A stretch of DNA of 63,317 bases, filler included, from Octopus bimaculoides (taxonomy: Eukaryota): the NCBI RefSeq assembly GCF_001194135.2. It is 6 parts of 5 records of this genome, joined end to end, with 100 filler letters (N's around TTAATTAATTAA, not from the genome) between each part and the next. Parts side by side here need not be neighbours in the genome. Positions count along the whole stretch, not along the records: positions 1 to 17,893 come from NC_068993.1; 5 more parts are not named here. The stretch is one strand, 5' to 3'. The notes under the pieces are model-generated. The model made no database searches. It had not been told where the DNA came from and was given only the letters and a program-made list of their open reading frames with translations. Each line of letters starts with the position of its first letter. The first letter of the stretch is position 1. The position numbers were made by a program, and so were the translations under genes. This document shows positions 1-12,800 of the stretch, in pieces.

Positions 1-246
1 CCCTGCTGTACTCTTTCACCACAACTTTCTCTCACTCTTACTTCCTGTTTCTGTTGTACCTGTATTTCAAAGGGTCAGCCTTGTCACACACTGTGTCACG
101 CTGAATCTCCCCGAGAACTACGTTAAGGGTACACGTGTCTGTGGAGTGCTCAGCCACTTGCACGTTAATTTCACGAGCAGGCTGTTCCGTTGATCGGATC
201 AACTGGAACCCTCGACGTCGTAAGCGACGGAGTGCCAACAACAAAC
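1..246 (+). mobile_element. SINE family D (working label), 3' part; 5' end lies outside the window
   Basis: Near-identical to the reverse complement of 2382-2620; 3' module TGTACCTGTATTTCAAAGGG..CAGCCTTGTCACA..GGAGTGCCAACAAC ending in a (CAA)-like tail. Confidence 0.85.
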
Positions 247-399
247 AACGACCAGCCCCAAACTTTCTTCTCTGATGTAAAAGGTAACCTTGTAGACAGA
301 CCGCTTGAAGAAATCCTTTGAAAAATAAGAAATAAAATAAATTAATTGTTCAACCCGTGTTTTTATCTTTACAAATTACAGAAACAAGGGTACTCAGGA

Positions 400-560
400 T
401 TTTTGACTTACCCTCGTGTAATAACTGATGTGATATATATATGTATATACACATGCGTATGCTCATATATCATTTGTATTATTATATTATCGAACGCTAC
501 GCGTCCATTTGTAAGTAAGTTTTAACTTTATATTTCTGACGCGCAAACTATCTATCTATC
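400..560 (+). repeat. Fragment of the dispersed non-coding repeat also found at 18491-19488 and 36529-36850
   Basis: TTTGTATTATTATATTATCGAACGCTACGCGTCCATTTGTAAGTAAGTTTTAACTTTATATTTCTGACGCG matches the reverse complement of ~19215-19290. Confidence 0.7.
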
Positions 561-971
561 TATCCCATCACCACCACCGCCACCACCACCATCATTACCA
601 CCACTAACAATAACAGCAGCAGCAGCAGCACCACCACCACCACCAACAGCACCAACAATAACAACAACAACAACAATAATAACAATAACAAAAACAAAAT
701 GCTTAGCGGTATTTCGTCTGCCGCTACGTTCCGAGTTCAAATTCCGCCGAGGTCGACTTAGCCTTTCATCCTTTCGGGGTCGATTAAATAAGTACCAGTT
801 ACGCACTGGGGTCGATGTAATCGTCTTAATCCCTTTGTCTATCCTTGTCTGTCCCCTCTATGTTTAGCCCCTTGTGGGCAATAAAGAAATAACAATAACA
901 ACAACACCAGCACCACCTCCATTACCTCCACCACCACCACCACCACCATTACCACCACCACCACCATTACC
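555..971. repeat. (CAC)/(CAA)/(CAG) trinucleotide low-complexity tracts flanking a SINE
   Basis: Direct inspection; explains ORFs 552..806, 864..1625 and 874..1692. Confidence 0.9.
697..890 (+). mobile_element. tRNA-derived SINE family B, 5'-truncated
   Basis: B-box-like GAGTTCAAATTCC followed by the GCCTTTCATCCTTTCGGGGTCGAT..AAGTACCAG core shared with more than 10 copies in the window. Confidence 0.85.
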
Positions 972-1937
972 NNNNNNNNNNNNNNNNNNNNNNNNNNNNN
1001 NNNNNNNNNNNNNNNNNNNNNNNNNNNNNNNNNNNNNNNNNNNNNNNNNNNNNNNNNNNNNNNNNNNNNNNNNNNNNNNNNNNNNNNNNNNNNNNNNNNN
1101 NNNNNNNNNNNNNNNNNNNNNNNNNNNNNNNNNNNNNNNNNNNNNNNNNNNNNNNNNNNNNNNNNNNNNNNNNNNNNNNNNNNNNNNNNNNNNNNNNNNN
1201 NNNNNNNNNNNNNNNNNNNNNNNNNNNNNNNNNNNNNNNNNNNNNNNNNNNNNNNNNNNNNNNNNNNNNNNNNNNNNNNNNNNNNNNNNNNNNNNNNNNN
1301 NNNNNNNNNNNNNNNNNNNNNNNNNNNNNNNNNNNNNNNNNNNNNNNNNNNNNNNNNNNNNNNNNNNNNNNNNNNNNNNNNNNNNNNNNNNNNNNNNNNN
1401 NNNNNNNNNNNNNNNNNNNNNNNNNNNNNNNNNNNNNNNNNNNNNNNNNNNNNNNNNNNNNNNNNNNNNNNNNNNNNNNNNNNNNNNNNNNNNNNNNNNN
1501 NNNNNNNNNNNNNNNNNNNNNNNNNNNNNNNNNNNNNNNNNNNNNNNNNNNNNNNNNNNNNNNNNNNNNNNNNNNNNNNNNNNNNNNNNNNNNNNNNNNN
1601 NNNNNNNNGCTACCATTTTCATCACTCCACCCCGCCACCCCCATTATCATTACCACATTCATCGACACCACCGCCGTCACCAGCAGCAGTAGTCTGTGAC
1701 CTATAGATATCATATTTACTGTTTCCCTCCCAAATTCACGCAGAGGTCATGAGAACTATTAATGATTGATAAATAAATAAACGATAAAATAAATATATAG
1801 ATAAATAATAAAATGCCTATAGAAACAGATATATAAATAAGACTATACGCCTCTCTCTCTCACTCTCTTTTTCTCTTTCATTCGCACCTATCTTTCTATC
1901 TACCTGTGTTTGTGTGTCCGTCTGCCTACCTATCATA

Positions 1938-2150
1938 TTCTTTTACTTGTCACAGTCATTTGACTGCGGCCATGCTGGAGCACCGCCTTTAGTCGAGCAA
2001 ATCGACCCCAGGACTTATTCTTTGGAAGCCTAGTACTTATTCTATCGTTAGGTTACGGGGACGTAAACACACCAGCATCGGATGTCAAGCGATGCTGAGA
2101 AGGGACAAACATAGACATACAAACATATACACACACACACACACACACAC
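1938..2150 (-). mobile_element. SINE family A, 3' half
   Basis: CAGTCATTTGACTGCGGCCATGCTGGAGCACCGCCTTTAGTCGAGCAAATCGACCCCAGGACTTATTC, the reverse complement of the family A 3' end at 42230-42330. Confidence 0.85.
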
Positions 2151-3535
2151 ATACACGCTCTGCTGCAGGTACAACGGTTAACGCCATGCAATGGAATCAT
2201 GGACATGAAGAAACATTTCGTTCGGTAGTTGTGGGCATTATCGTTCAATGGCCGTCTTCAATTCGTCGAATGTTGCCAGTTTGGTACCGTAAACTTTATC
2301 TTGTAAGTGTCCCCATAGAAATGTCCTGTGGTTTGAGGTCCGGCGAACACCGAACCTCTCCTGAACCTCTTTGTTCAATGTTGGTTGGCACTCCGTCGGT
2401 TACGACGACGAGGGTTCCAGTTGATCCGATCAACGGAACAGCATGCTCGTGAAATTAACGTGCAAGTGGCTGAGCACTCCACAGACACGTGTACCCTTAA
2501 CGTAGTTCTCGGGGAGATTTAGCGTGACACAGAGTGTGACAAGGCTGACCCTTTGAATTACAGGTACAACAGAAACAGGAAGTAAGAGTGAGAGAAAGTT
2601 GTGGTGAAAGAGTACAGCAGGGTTCGCCACCATCCCCTGCCGGAGCCTCGTGGAGCTTCAGGTGTTTTCGCTCAATAAACACTCACAACGCCCGGTCTGG
2701 GAATCGAAACCGCGATCCTACGACCGCGAGTCCGCTGCCGTAACTACTGGGCTATTGCGCCTCCACTTGTTCAATGTATCTGCTTGGTAAAATCTTATGA
2801 AGGTAGGCCTTTCCATTACTATGGCAGTGTGGGGTTGCCTCGGCTGCCTAGAAATAAAAGTCTACATCTTCAAAGTCCTCTTGCATGCTTGCGATGACAA
2901 AATATCGCTTTCAAATAAATGGGACCGCTCGCACTACTGAAAAAAAAAATCCCTTTGATGATAAATTGCACCATGTTGTAAGTAAATTAACATGATGTTT
3001 CTCCGTAAGATGTGGATTCTCAGGGCGGCCTTTTTAGGTGCAATTGTGGCGGTTTATTGAGTAATTTAATTTAGATGCAACCTCACCACAAAGTTTGTTA
3101 GAGCGTGTGCATTTTCTGCACATTTAGCCAAATACCTCTCACAAAATTCCATTCTTCGGTCCGGATCATATTCATGGAGAGCACGGACTATTCTTGGAAT
3201 ATAACTTTTCCAATGACAACGCTTCAAAATACGACGGACTGTTAATTTTGAAATTCTTGTCTTCACGATTCGCTTGTCGCACAGATTTTCTTAAAGTCAG
3301 GCAATACGTGTCTTGTACTCTTTGTTGCATTTTGGAGCTTGACCAATGTCCAGGCTCTTTCAGAACATTTCCTGTGGACATTCTGAACGGTTCTGCCAGA
3401 TCGAAACTTATTAATTCGAGTGAAAGTAAGTTGCGTTGGCGGATCTACTTGAAACACTCTTCTAGACTATCTTTGCATTTCGATGGCGCACCAAGACTTA
3501 CAGTAGCACTTGAGGAGAAAATGTTTCGAGTGTTC
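2150..3535 (-). pseudogene. Decayed Tc1/mariner-superfamily transposase (DUF4817-like HTH + DDE domain), interrupted by a SINE
   Basis: Broken frames give FQVDPPTQLTF.RINKF, TVRRILKRCHWKSYIPRIVRALHEYDPDRRMEFCE, NRHNC and, beyond the SINE, SPDL..FLWGHLQDKVYGTKLATFDELKTAIER; multiple stops and frameshifts. Confidence 0.8.
2382..2766 (-). mobile_element. Full-length SINE family D with 11-bp TSD
   Basis: tRNA-like head GGAGGCGCAATAGCCCAGTAGTTA..GGTTTCGATTCCC; TTGTTCAATGT duplicated at 2371-2381 and 2767-2777. Confidence 0.9.
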
Positions 3536-3619
3536 AAACCCCATTCTGGGTTCGTTAATTGCTTCTAAAGGGTTAAATCTAAGAAGAAATGAAAACTCAG
3601 TTTGCAGTTTTAAAGTGCC

Positions 3620-3633
3620 TATCTATCTATCTA

Positions 3634-3682
<49 letters not shown>

Positions 3683-3734
3683 AACTGTTAGCTGCGTGCC
3701 TGTCTGTGTGTCTGTGTCAGTCTATCTTTCAAAC

Positions 3735-3805
<71 letters not shown>
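3620..3805. repeat. (TCTA)n/(TCTG)n microsatellites
   Basis: Direct inspection. Confidence 0.95.
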
Positions 3806-3806
<1 letters not shown>

Positions 3807-4458
3807 ACCCCTTCGCCAACGACCTATAGTAACCCATAAGGGTAGATTAGGTGCCAGATCTCACTTACAGAACTCAGTTCCTGTTTCAAGGAGTGTCTCG
3901 AAAATGTCAACNNNNNNNNNNNNNNNNNNNNNNNNNNNNNNNNNNNNNNNNNNNNNNNNNNNNNNNNNNNNNNNNNNNNNNNNNNNNNNNNNNNNNNNNN
4001 NNNNNNNNNNNNNNNNNNNNNNNNNNNNNNNNNNNNNNNNNNNNNNNNNNNNNNNNNNNNNNNNNNNNNNNNNNNNNNNNNNNNNNNNNNNNNNNNNNNN
4101 NNNNNNNNNNNNNNNNNNNNNNNNNNNNNNNNNNNNNNNNNNNNNNNNNNNNNNNNNNNNNNNNNNNNNNNNNNNNNNNNNNNNNNNNNNNNNNNNNNNN
4201 NNNNNNNNNNNNNNNNNNNNNNNNNNNNNNNNNNNNNNNNNNNNNNNNNNNNNNNNNNNNNNNNNNNNNNNNNNNNNNNNNNNNNNNNNNNNNNNNNNNN
4301 NNNNNNNNNNNNNNNNNNNNNNNNNNNNNNNNNNNNNNNNNNNNNNNNNNNNNNNNNNNNNNNNNNNNNNNNNNNNNNNNNNNNNNNNNNNNNNNNNNNN
4401 NNNNGTGAAACTGTCAACAGAAGGTTCTCACCCAAAACCAAATAAAAAAGACACAGTA

Positions 4459-4885
4459 TTCTTTTATTCTTTTATTTGTTTCAGTCATTTGAGTGCGGCC
4501 ATGCTGGAGCACCGCCTTTAGTCGAACATATCGACTCCAGGACTTATTGTTTTTAAGCCTATCACTTATTCTATCGGTCTCTTAGGCCGAACCGTTAAGT
4601 TACGGGGACGTAAACACACCAACATCTTATATATCTTTGTGTGTGTGTCTTTGTGTCTGTTTATCCTCCTTCTCCACCACCACCACCACCACCATCGCTT
4701 GACAACCGGTGTTGGTGTGTTTGCGTCTTCGTAACTTAGAAGTTTGGCAAAAGGAATTAATGGAGTAAGTACTGAGCTAAAACAAAAAACGTCCTTCATC
4801 GATTTGTTTGACTAAAACCATTCAAGGCCGTGCCCCAGCATGGCCGCAGTCAAATGGCCTAAACAAGTAAAAGATAAAAGATATA
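4459..4885. mobile_element. Two SINE family A 3' halves in inverted orientation (4459-4625 minus, ~4635-4885 plus)
   Basis: GCGGCCATGCTGGAGCAC at ~4495-4512 and its inverted counterpart GTGCCCCAGCATGGCCGC at ~4830-4847. Confidence 0.8.
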
Positions 4886-5639
4886 TAAATACATATTTTT
4901 AAAAAAATAACAAAAATACAATTTAGCAAAGACAACAAATTCTACCAAAAACATACATAACAAACAGAAAACTCGTAGCTAATTACTCATCGGTCAACAT
5001 TCAAAGGATCCTTACAGTTTCGGACCTTTTACGTTATATACACAGGTGTGCATCTTCTTATCCTAAACCCTTCCAAGATATTCTTATTTTAGAAATGCGA
5101 GTACAGTATAATCATAGAATATACCTTCATTCATAAGTCGTGCTTTTCAAAAACAATCAAGGACTACGTCCCAGATTTATGTACAAAGTCTTGACGAGTA
5201 TTTGTCTCGATCGTAGGTTGAACTTCAGTTCTGTGCCATTTGGAATACAATTACAAAATATTGATAGGCCCACCCTTATAGATCATGTGGACGATTTCAC
5301 CACCTTGTCGTCGCTATGAGGAAAATATCACTAAGAATAGAAACTAAACAAGACACCTACATATTCAAAGCCTTGCAGTTTTGCGTAAGCACGGTCTAGC
5401 AGAAAGTATTGCGCAGTTTTATTCATTTACGTTATGAATATTCGCACCGATCGAGTTAAATAAAGAACTTACATAACATTATAGTCTATTTGTATTGAAA
5501 TAAAACTGTTAACTGCAAGCTTTGGTGTGCAGACGACCTTCGTGAAAACACTTTCGGTTTTCGGAGATTTAGTATACATACACAAATGTAAATTTATGCC
5601 TATACTCAAAAGTGTTTCCCGTAAACGAACTTAAAGGAT

Positions 5640-5863
5640 ATATATATNNNNNNNNNNNNNNNNNNNNNNNNNNNNNNNNNNNNNNNNNNNNNNNNNNNNN
5701 NNNNNNNNNNNNNNNNNNNNNNNNNNNNNNNNNNNNNNNNNNNNNNNNNNNNNNNNNNNNNNNNNNNNNNNNNNNNNNNNNNNNNNNNNNNNNNNNNNNN
5801 TATATATATGTATGTATGTATGTATATATGCATGTAAATATGTATGTACTTATGTGTGTGTGT

Positions 5864-5933
<70 letters not shown>

Positions 5934-7619
5934 ACATATCTATCTATCTATTTATTTATATATATATATAGATATATATATATATATATATTCACGCACA
6001 TACACGCACACACACACATATATACACTCACATTTACATATAGGTAGACAAAGGCATATATATGGATATATATTTATATAAATATATAGATGCGTTACAT
6101 ATCTATCTACTTTTATACACATACATACGTAGATTTAATATATATATATATTTATATATATATATAGACGCATACACACATTCACATACATATGCACACA
6201 AGCACACGTGTATGTATGTGTGTATATACGTGTGTGTATGCATATATTTATATATACATACACATGTATATGTATGCACCTATACATTTCTCTGTTTATA
6301 TTCTTTGCTCACTGTTGTCTAAAAGTGATATCCATTGCTCCTACCTGCCGCCACCGCCCCACCTTCGACTTACCACGCCCCGGAGCATGACTTTGCTAAA
6401 CGCCATACTTGAATGATTTTTAACGTCACTATTTCGACCTTTCCTCTACATCTGACCTTGCGTAAAGATACGTCTTTACCGAACGGTCTTATCGTAGTGA
6501 TGGCGGTGGTGCTGTCGGTGGCTGAAGGTGTTTTATTGTCTAGTGGTGATGGCGTTGGCGGAAGTAGCTTGTCGTAGTAGCGGTAGTAATTGTAGTGGCG
6601 TTGTCGATGGTGGTGGTGGTGGTGGTGGTGGTGGTAGCTGTGGTAGCGGTGGCGATGGTGACTAGTGATGTGGTGTTGGAAGTAGATATGGTAACAATTG
6701 TGTGGGAGTAATAGTATGGCTCTGGTGTTAGTGGTGGTGTTGGTGGTTGTAGTGGTGGTGATGGTAGTGGTAGTTGTGGCCTCGATGGTGATGGTGGTAG
6801 TAGTAGTGGTAGTGGTGGTGGTGGCGATGTTGATGGTGGTGACGGTGGTGGTGGTGATGGTGGTGGTAGTGGTGGTAGTGGTTGTAGTGGTGGTGGTGAT
6901 GGTGGTGGTGATGGTGGTGGTGGCTACTTACCACACAACCNNNNNNNNNNNNNNNNNNNNNNNNNNNNNNNNNNNNNNNNNNNNNNNNNNNNNNNNNNNN
7001 NNNNNNNNNNNNNNNNNNNNNNNNNNNNNNNNNNNNNNNNNNNNNNNNNNNNNNNNNNNNNNNNNNNNNNNNNNNNNNNNNNNNNNNNNNNNNNNNNNNN
7101 NNNNNNNNNNNNNNNNNNNNNNNNNNNNNNNNNNNNNNNNNNNNNNNNNNNNNNNNNNNNNNNNNNNNNNNNNTATATGTATACGACGGGCTTCTTTCAG
7201 TTTCTATCTACCAAATCCACTCACAGGGCTTTGGTCAGCCTCAGGCTATAGTAGGAGACACTTGCTCAAGGTGCCGAACCCGGATCCATGTGATTGGGAA
7301 GCGAGCTACTTACCACACAGCCACGCATGCGCATTGTATCATTGTTGATTTTGTTGATGGTGTTGGAGAGGATGCTGGAAACGATGCTGTTATGGTGGAA
7401 TACTGAGCTGGTTGTTGTTGTTGTTGTTGTTGTTGTTGATGATAACGACAATGATGATGACGATGATGATAATGGGTGATGGCGATGATAATAATTCTGA
7501 TGATGACAATGAAGTTGATTACGACGACGCCGATGATTATAACGATGGTGGTGGTGGTGGATTTGGTGATGATGATGATAATGATGGTGGTGATAATGAT
7601 AACGATGATGGTGATGATA

Positions 7620-7665
<46 letters not shown>

Positions 7666-7760
7666 CTATGATGATAATGCTGCTGATGTCGATAAAGTTG
7701 ATTACGACGTCGAAGATGATGATAATGATGATGATGATGATGATGGTTATGATGGCGATG
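5640..7760. repeat. Compound microsatellite field: (TA), (TATG), (CA), (GGT), (GTT), (GAT)
   Basis: Direct inspection; explains poly-V/H/D/M ORFs. Confidence 0.9.
7180..7333 (-). mobile_element. SINE family A, 5' half (tRNA-like head)
   Basis: Reverse complement gives GCGTGGCTGTGTGGTAAGTAGCTCGCTTCCCAATCACATGGATCCGGGTTC..AAGTGTCTCCTACTATAGCC. Confidence 0.8.
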
Positions 7761-8489
7761 ATTGCTGTGCAGAAAAGGAAAAAAGAAAAGAAACGGTTGT
7801 TGTGCTAAAAATAATTGTTGCTACGAAAATATATACAATAAAATCTTGGGTGTGTAATGGTGGGCTGAAGAAAAACATCTCTGATTAGCATCGAGGATCG
7901 AAGTATTCAACAGTTAAAAAAAAATCAAAACAAATCTTTCTGGATATGTTAAAAATCCTTACAATAAAATCCACAGTAAAGGGAGTTAATTCCAATAAGA
8001 TCAGTTGTTTGAAACTTTTGGATGATATAGACAATGCAAACTGGAGCTGATCTGATATTTAAAGCTAACTTCTAGAAGTAGTGAACACGTTTCGGTTATA
8101 TTACGCCCCATCAGTGAATATATTCCAGTTGATTGGTAAGGTATACAAGTGATCAAAGTATATAGAGAAATATAGAGAATGTTGTGGTCCTGATTATGGA
8201 TATCAACAATATGTCAAAGGGGAAATAATTGAGCAGAGTGGTTTGCGTTGTATTTACTGTGAAGGGAAATTTTGAGATGACAAGTGCGAAAAGAAAAAAT
8301 TAAAAAAAGCAAAAAAAAAAACAACAAAGATGACAACGATCACGTGATATTAATAACAAAAATAGCTAAAAATGAATAAAAAAAAAACNNNNNNNNNNAA
8401 TAAAAAAAAAACAGGAATTGAAATCTTTTGATTGACAAAAATGTGATCAAATTTTTAATTTGAGACAATCGTGAACATCTGAATATCGT

Positions 8490-8770
8490 GAAGAAGAAGA
8501 AGAAGAAGAAGAAGAAGAAGAAGAAAAAGAAGAAGAAGAAGAAGAAGATGATGACGATGATGATGATGACGATGATGATGATGATGATGGTAAAAGAAGT
8601 AGTGGTAGTAGTAGCAGTAGCAGCATGTTGATCCGTTCTTTTCATTTCCAGGATGGCGGAAGAATACTGAAAATGTATTGAGTGTTTCCAAAAGTCGGTT
8701 TTTACCTAACTAATCTGAAGAAGAAGAAGAAGAAGAAGAAGAAGAAGAAGAAGAAGAAGAAGAAGAATTA
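8490..8770. repeat. (GAA)n, (GAT)n, (GTA)n microsatellites
   Basis: Direct inspection. Confidence 0.95.
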
Positions 8771-8815
8771 ATGAGAGTATATACAGGGTAAAGGGTAAAG
8801 ACCCCNNNNNNNNNN

Positions 8816-9095
8816 ATGAGAGTATATACAGGGTAAAGGGTAAAGACCCCCTTCGGTGATGACTGGATTGCACCAAGTAAGTTCCCCTCCGAGGCACAAG
8901 TCTGAGCAAGGTTGTTTATGGAAGACCAGCGGTCGCCCGTGCACGCCAGCCTCTCCTCTCCACGCTGCCGATGTTTATCGAGGGGTAAGACGAAGGCCGA
9001 AACAGCTTGGTACCTGTGACGTTGCAACTCATTTCTACGGCTGATGTGGACTGGAGCAAAGCGTTTGGCTCAAGAGCCACAACACATAACCCCCT
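8816..9095 (-). mobile_element. SINE family E
   Basis: Homologous to 17140-17490 (GGATTGCACC..GCAAGGTTGTTTATGGAAGACCAGCGGTCGCCC); (GGGTAAA) tail. Confidence 0.75.
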
Positions 9096-9124
9096 CCCCT
9101 CCACGGTACGTTAATCGAACTCAC

Positions 9125-9273
9125 TCTTTCTATCTATATGAATATATACGTAAACATACATATACATACACATTCGCACACTCACACATATATATGTACA
9201 TATAAGTATATATATGTGTGCGCATGTGGGCTTATGAGCGTGTGTGTACAAACTGATAAATTGATAAATACAG

Positions 9274-9306
<33 letters not shown>

Positions 9307-9378
9307 AACTCTCACTCATATATGTAGGATTATGTGTACACATATACACACACATACACAAGCATATTTACACATACA

Positions 9379-9421
<43 letters not shown>

Positions 9422-9964
9422 ACACACACACAAACACAAACAAACACAGACGTATTTATACTTATCACATAGGTCNNNNNNNNNNACACACAAACACAAA
9501 CAAACACAGACGTATTTATACTTATCACATAGGTCTACAGAACCATACAAATATACACACATTCATATATATATATATATATATATATATACACGCACGC
9601 ACACGCAGACATACACACATACATATATATATGCACCCACGTAGGTGCATTTATCCATATCATATATAAATGTCTACACACATATATACACTTATATAAA
9701 TATGCATATCTCTGTGCCTTTGGATTAGCGTAGGTAGGATTTAGGTGGGTGACGGTATGCAAAGAGTTTTGATGGCGGTTTTAATAGCTTGTGATTGAAT
9801 TCAATAGAACAGCCGAAATGTCGCAACGAGGTCGTCGAGGAAATCTTTTGTGATGAAGACAATAAAAAGCGAATGCTCTGGACGCGTTGAGAATTCGAGT
9901 AATGGAAGTAATGAAATTGGTGATAGTCTCACCAGGGGGATAGTGAGAGTGACGTGGAAAGTAG

Positions 9965-9998
<34 letters not shown>

Positions 9999-10693
9999 GG
10001 AGAGAGGTTGGGAGTTATGCGTGTGGGGTGTAAGTATGTGGGAGGAAGATAAGAGAAAGAAAAGGAACTGGTTTGGCAAGGAAAACCATCAACAACGGTA
10101 GCAACGAAATAGAAAGAAAATGGCGGAAATACGAAGTAGGAAGTAAGTCTTTAGGAGATGGAAAAACACGCGTGCTCATATATATATATATATATATATA
10201 TATACCAACATGTACACACATATGCACCACTGGTACATACATACATGCATACATACGTACATACATACATACATACATACATATACACATACATACATAC
10301 ATACATACATGCATACACATTCACTACACATTTATATGCATATATGCATACAGACACACACACACATATTCACAGTCTAAGATATTCATAAACAGCTGTC
10401 TATTAAAACACACATATACATACATACATACATACATACATACATACATACATACATACATACACAATACATACATACATACACAATANNNNNNNNNNTA
10501 AGATATTCATAAACAGCTGTCTATTAAAACACACATATACATACATACATACATACATACATACATACATACATACATACATACACAATACATACATACA
10601 TACACAATACATACACGCACATACATATATATAAGGACATGCTTATACATATGTATATGTTCATATGTATGTATGTATGTATGTTTGTAGGTG

Positions 10694-10735
<42 letters not shown>

Positions 10736-12043
10736 CCTACCTACCTATCTAATCTCTCTCTCTCTCTCTCTATCTATCTCTCTCTCTCTCTCTCTACCTA
10801 CCTACCTATCTCCATACATACACACGCACGTATTCATCTACACAAATTATTAAAATAATCAAGGGAGGTAAGTCTTCCCGTCGCTCATCACTCACTTCAC
10901 TCAACATCGCTCACGTCGCTTGCACGGACTCGTCTTCAACCGCTTCCGTTCACTTCATAATACCTGATGACATTGGAACTGTCTTGTAGGGAATTCTGGT
11001 ATTCAGCACCGGAAAAACCTTTATATTTTCGGCAATGTATTCCTTCTTACCGATCTTTTGAAATATTCTCTTTCTCTTTTATCATTCCTTTCTTTGGAGT
11101 GCTTCTGCTTTCATCTTACAATATCTAGCATGTCTATCAAAGTTAGCCGCTATGTATCACACAGGTCTTGGCAGGCTAGTTTTGTGTTGTGTTTTGTGTT
11201 GTGTTTTGTGTGTTCTTTGTGTTTTTTTGTTGTTGTTTTGTGTTGTTTTTGTGTTGAAGAGTCTACGTGCATTTGTATGCGCACACGTACGCGCATGTGT
11301 ATTTTTGAATGTGTACGTCTACGCGTGCGCAGCAATGACAGCGCAGATTGTGTGCATTAATGTTCGTTGATGTGTGGTTGTGTGTGCGCGTGTGTATGTA
11401 TGCGTGTGTATGTGGATGTCCATGTGTTTGTATGCCTGTATGTGTGCATGAATGCGTCTATGTGTGTGTGTGTGTGAATGAACGTACAGTCAATGTGTGT
11501 GCGTATGTATGTATACGTACGTACGTATGTATGTATGTATATATGCATGTATGTGTGTATGTATTTTTGTATGTACGTATGTATGTATGTGTGTATGTAT
11601 GTTTGTATGTATGTATGTATGTATGTACGTAGGTATGTCTATATATGTATGTATATACGCATGTATGTATGTATGTATGTATGTATGTATGTGTATTCAG
11701 GGCTGTGTGCGCGCACTCGTGTGTGGATCTATTTAAATTCACGTGTATATACACAGTTATATACACGACACACGCTTTGAATATATACACACATAATGTT
11801 TGAAATACTCGGNNNNNNNNNNNNNNNNNNNNNNNNNNNNNNNNNNNNNNNNNNNNNNNNNNNNNNNNNNNNNNNNNNNNNNNNNNNNNNNNNNNNNNNN
11901 NNNNNNNNNNNNNNNNNNNNNNNNNNNNNNNNNNNNNNNNNNNNNNNNNNNNNNNNNNNNNNNNNNNNNNNNNNNNNNNNNNNNNNNNNNNNNNNNNNNN
12001 NNNNNNNNNNNNNNNNNNNNNNNNNNNNNNNNNNNNNNNNNNN

Positions 12044-12093
<50 letters not shown>

Positions 12094-12260
12094 GTATATG
12101 TACGTATACATATATGTATTCATATAAACATACATATGTATCATGTACGTATGTGCATGCGTGTGTGTATGTGCGCGCGCACCTGTGTGCTTGTATGTGT
12201 GCATTTGTGTATTTATACATTTGTGTTAGTATATTTGTGAATACGTGTAACTGACTGTGA
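9125..12260. repeat. Extended (CA)/(TA)/(TACA)/(TATC)/(GA) microsatellite-rich region
   Basis: Direct inspection; source of the MYVC/HTHT ORFs. Confidence 0.9.
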
Positions 12261-12414
12261 GTTTGTATTCGTGTATGTATGCGCACACTTCCCCTCTTTG
12301 TGCATATGTAACCAACTAACTGGGCTTGTATGCTTGCTGCTGTGTCTCTGCGTGCGCATGCGTGAGCGCATCTGCGCGCGCATTTATCATATCGAACTCA
12401 ATACCTATTTATTC

Positions 12415-12800
12415 TTTTCTACTCTAGACAAAAGGCCCGAAATTTTTGGGGAGCGGGGCCAGTCGATTAGATCGACGCCAGTAATTGACTGGTACTTAAT
12501 TTATCAACCCCGAAAAGATGAAAGGCAAAGTCAACCTCGGCAGAATTTGAACTCAGAACGTAAAGACAGACGAAATACCGCTAAGCATTTCGCCCGGCGT
12601 TCTAACCTTTCTTATTTCTTTATTGCCCACAAGGGGCTACACACAGAGGGGACAAATAAAGACAGACAAACGGATTAAGTCGATTATATCGATACAATGC
12701 GTAAGTAGTACTTAATTTATCGACCCCAAAAGGCTGAAAGGTAAAGTTGACCTCGGCGGAATCTGAACTCAGAACGTTAAGACAGACGAAATACCATTCT
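12415..12800 (-). mobile_element. Two tandem SINE family B copies (~12415-12607, ~12608-12800)
   Basis: Two GAAAGGCAAAGTC.ACCTCGGC.GAAT.TGAACTCAGAACG cores about 200 bp apart. Confidence 0.85.

Noticed and set aside
8632-8700. Acceptor-like CTTTTCATTTCCAG followed by GATGGCGGAAG
   Set aside because: No convincing donor, and it is embedded among microsatellites
10960-11015. CTGATGA followed by a distant GAAA
   Set aside because: No helix II or cleavage triplet in register
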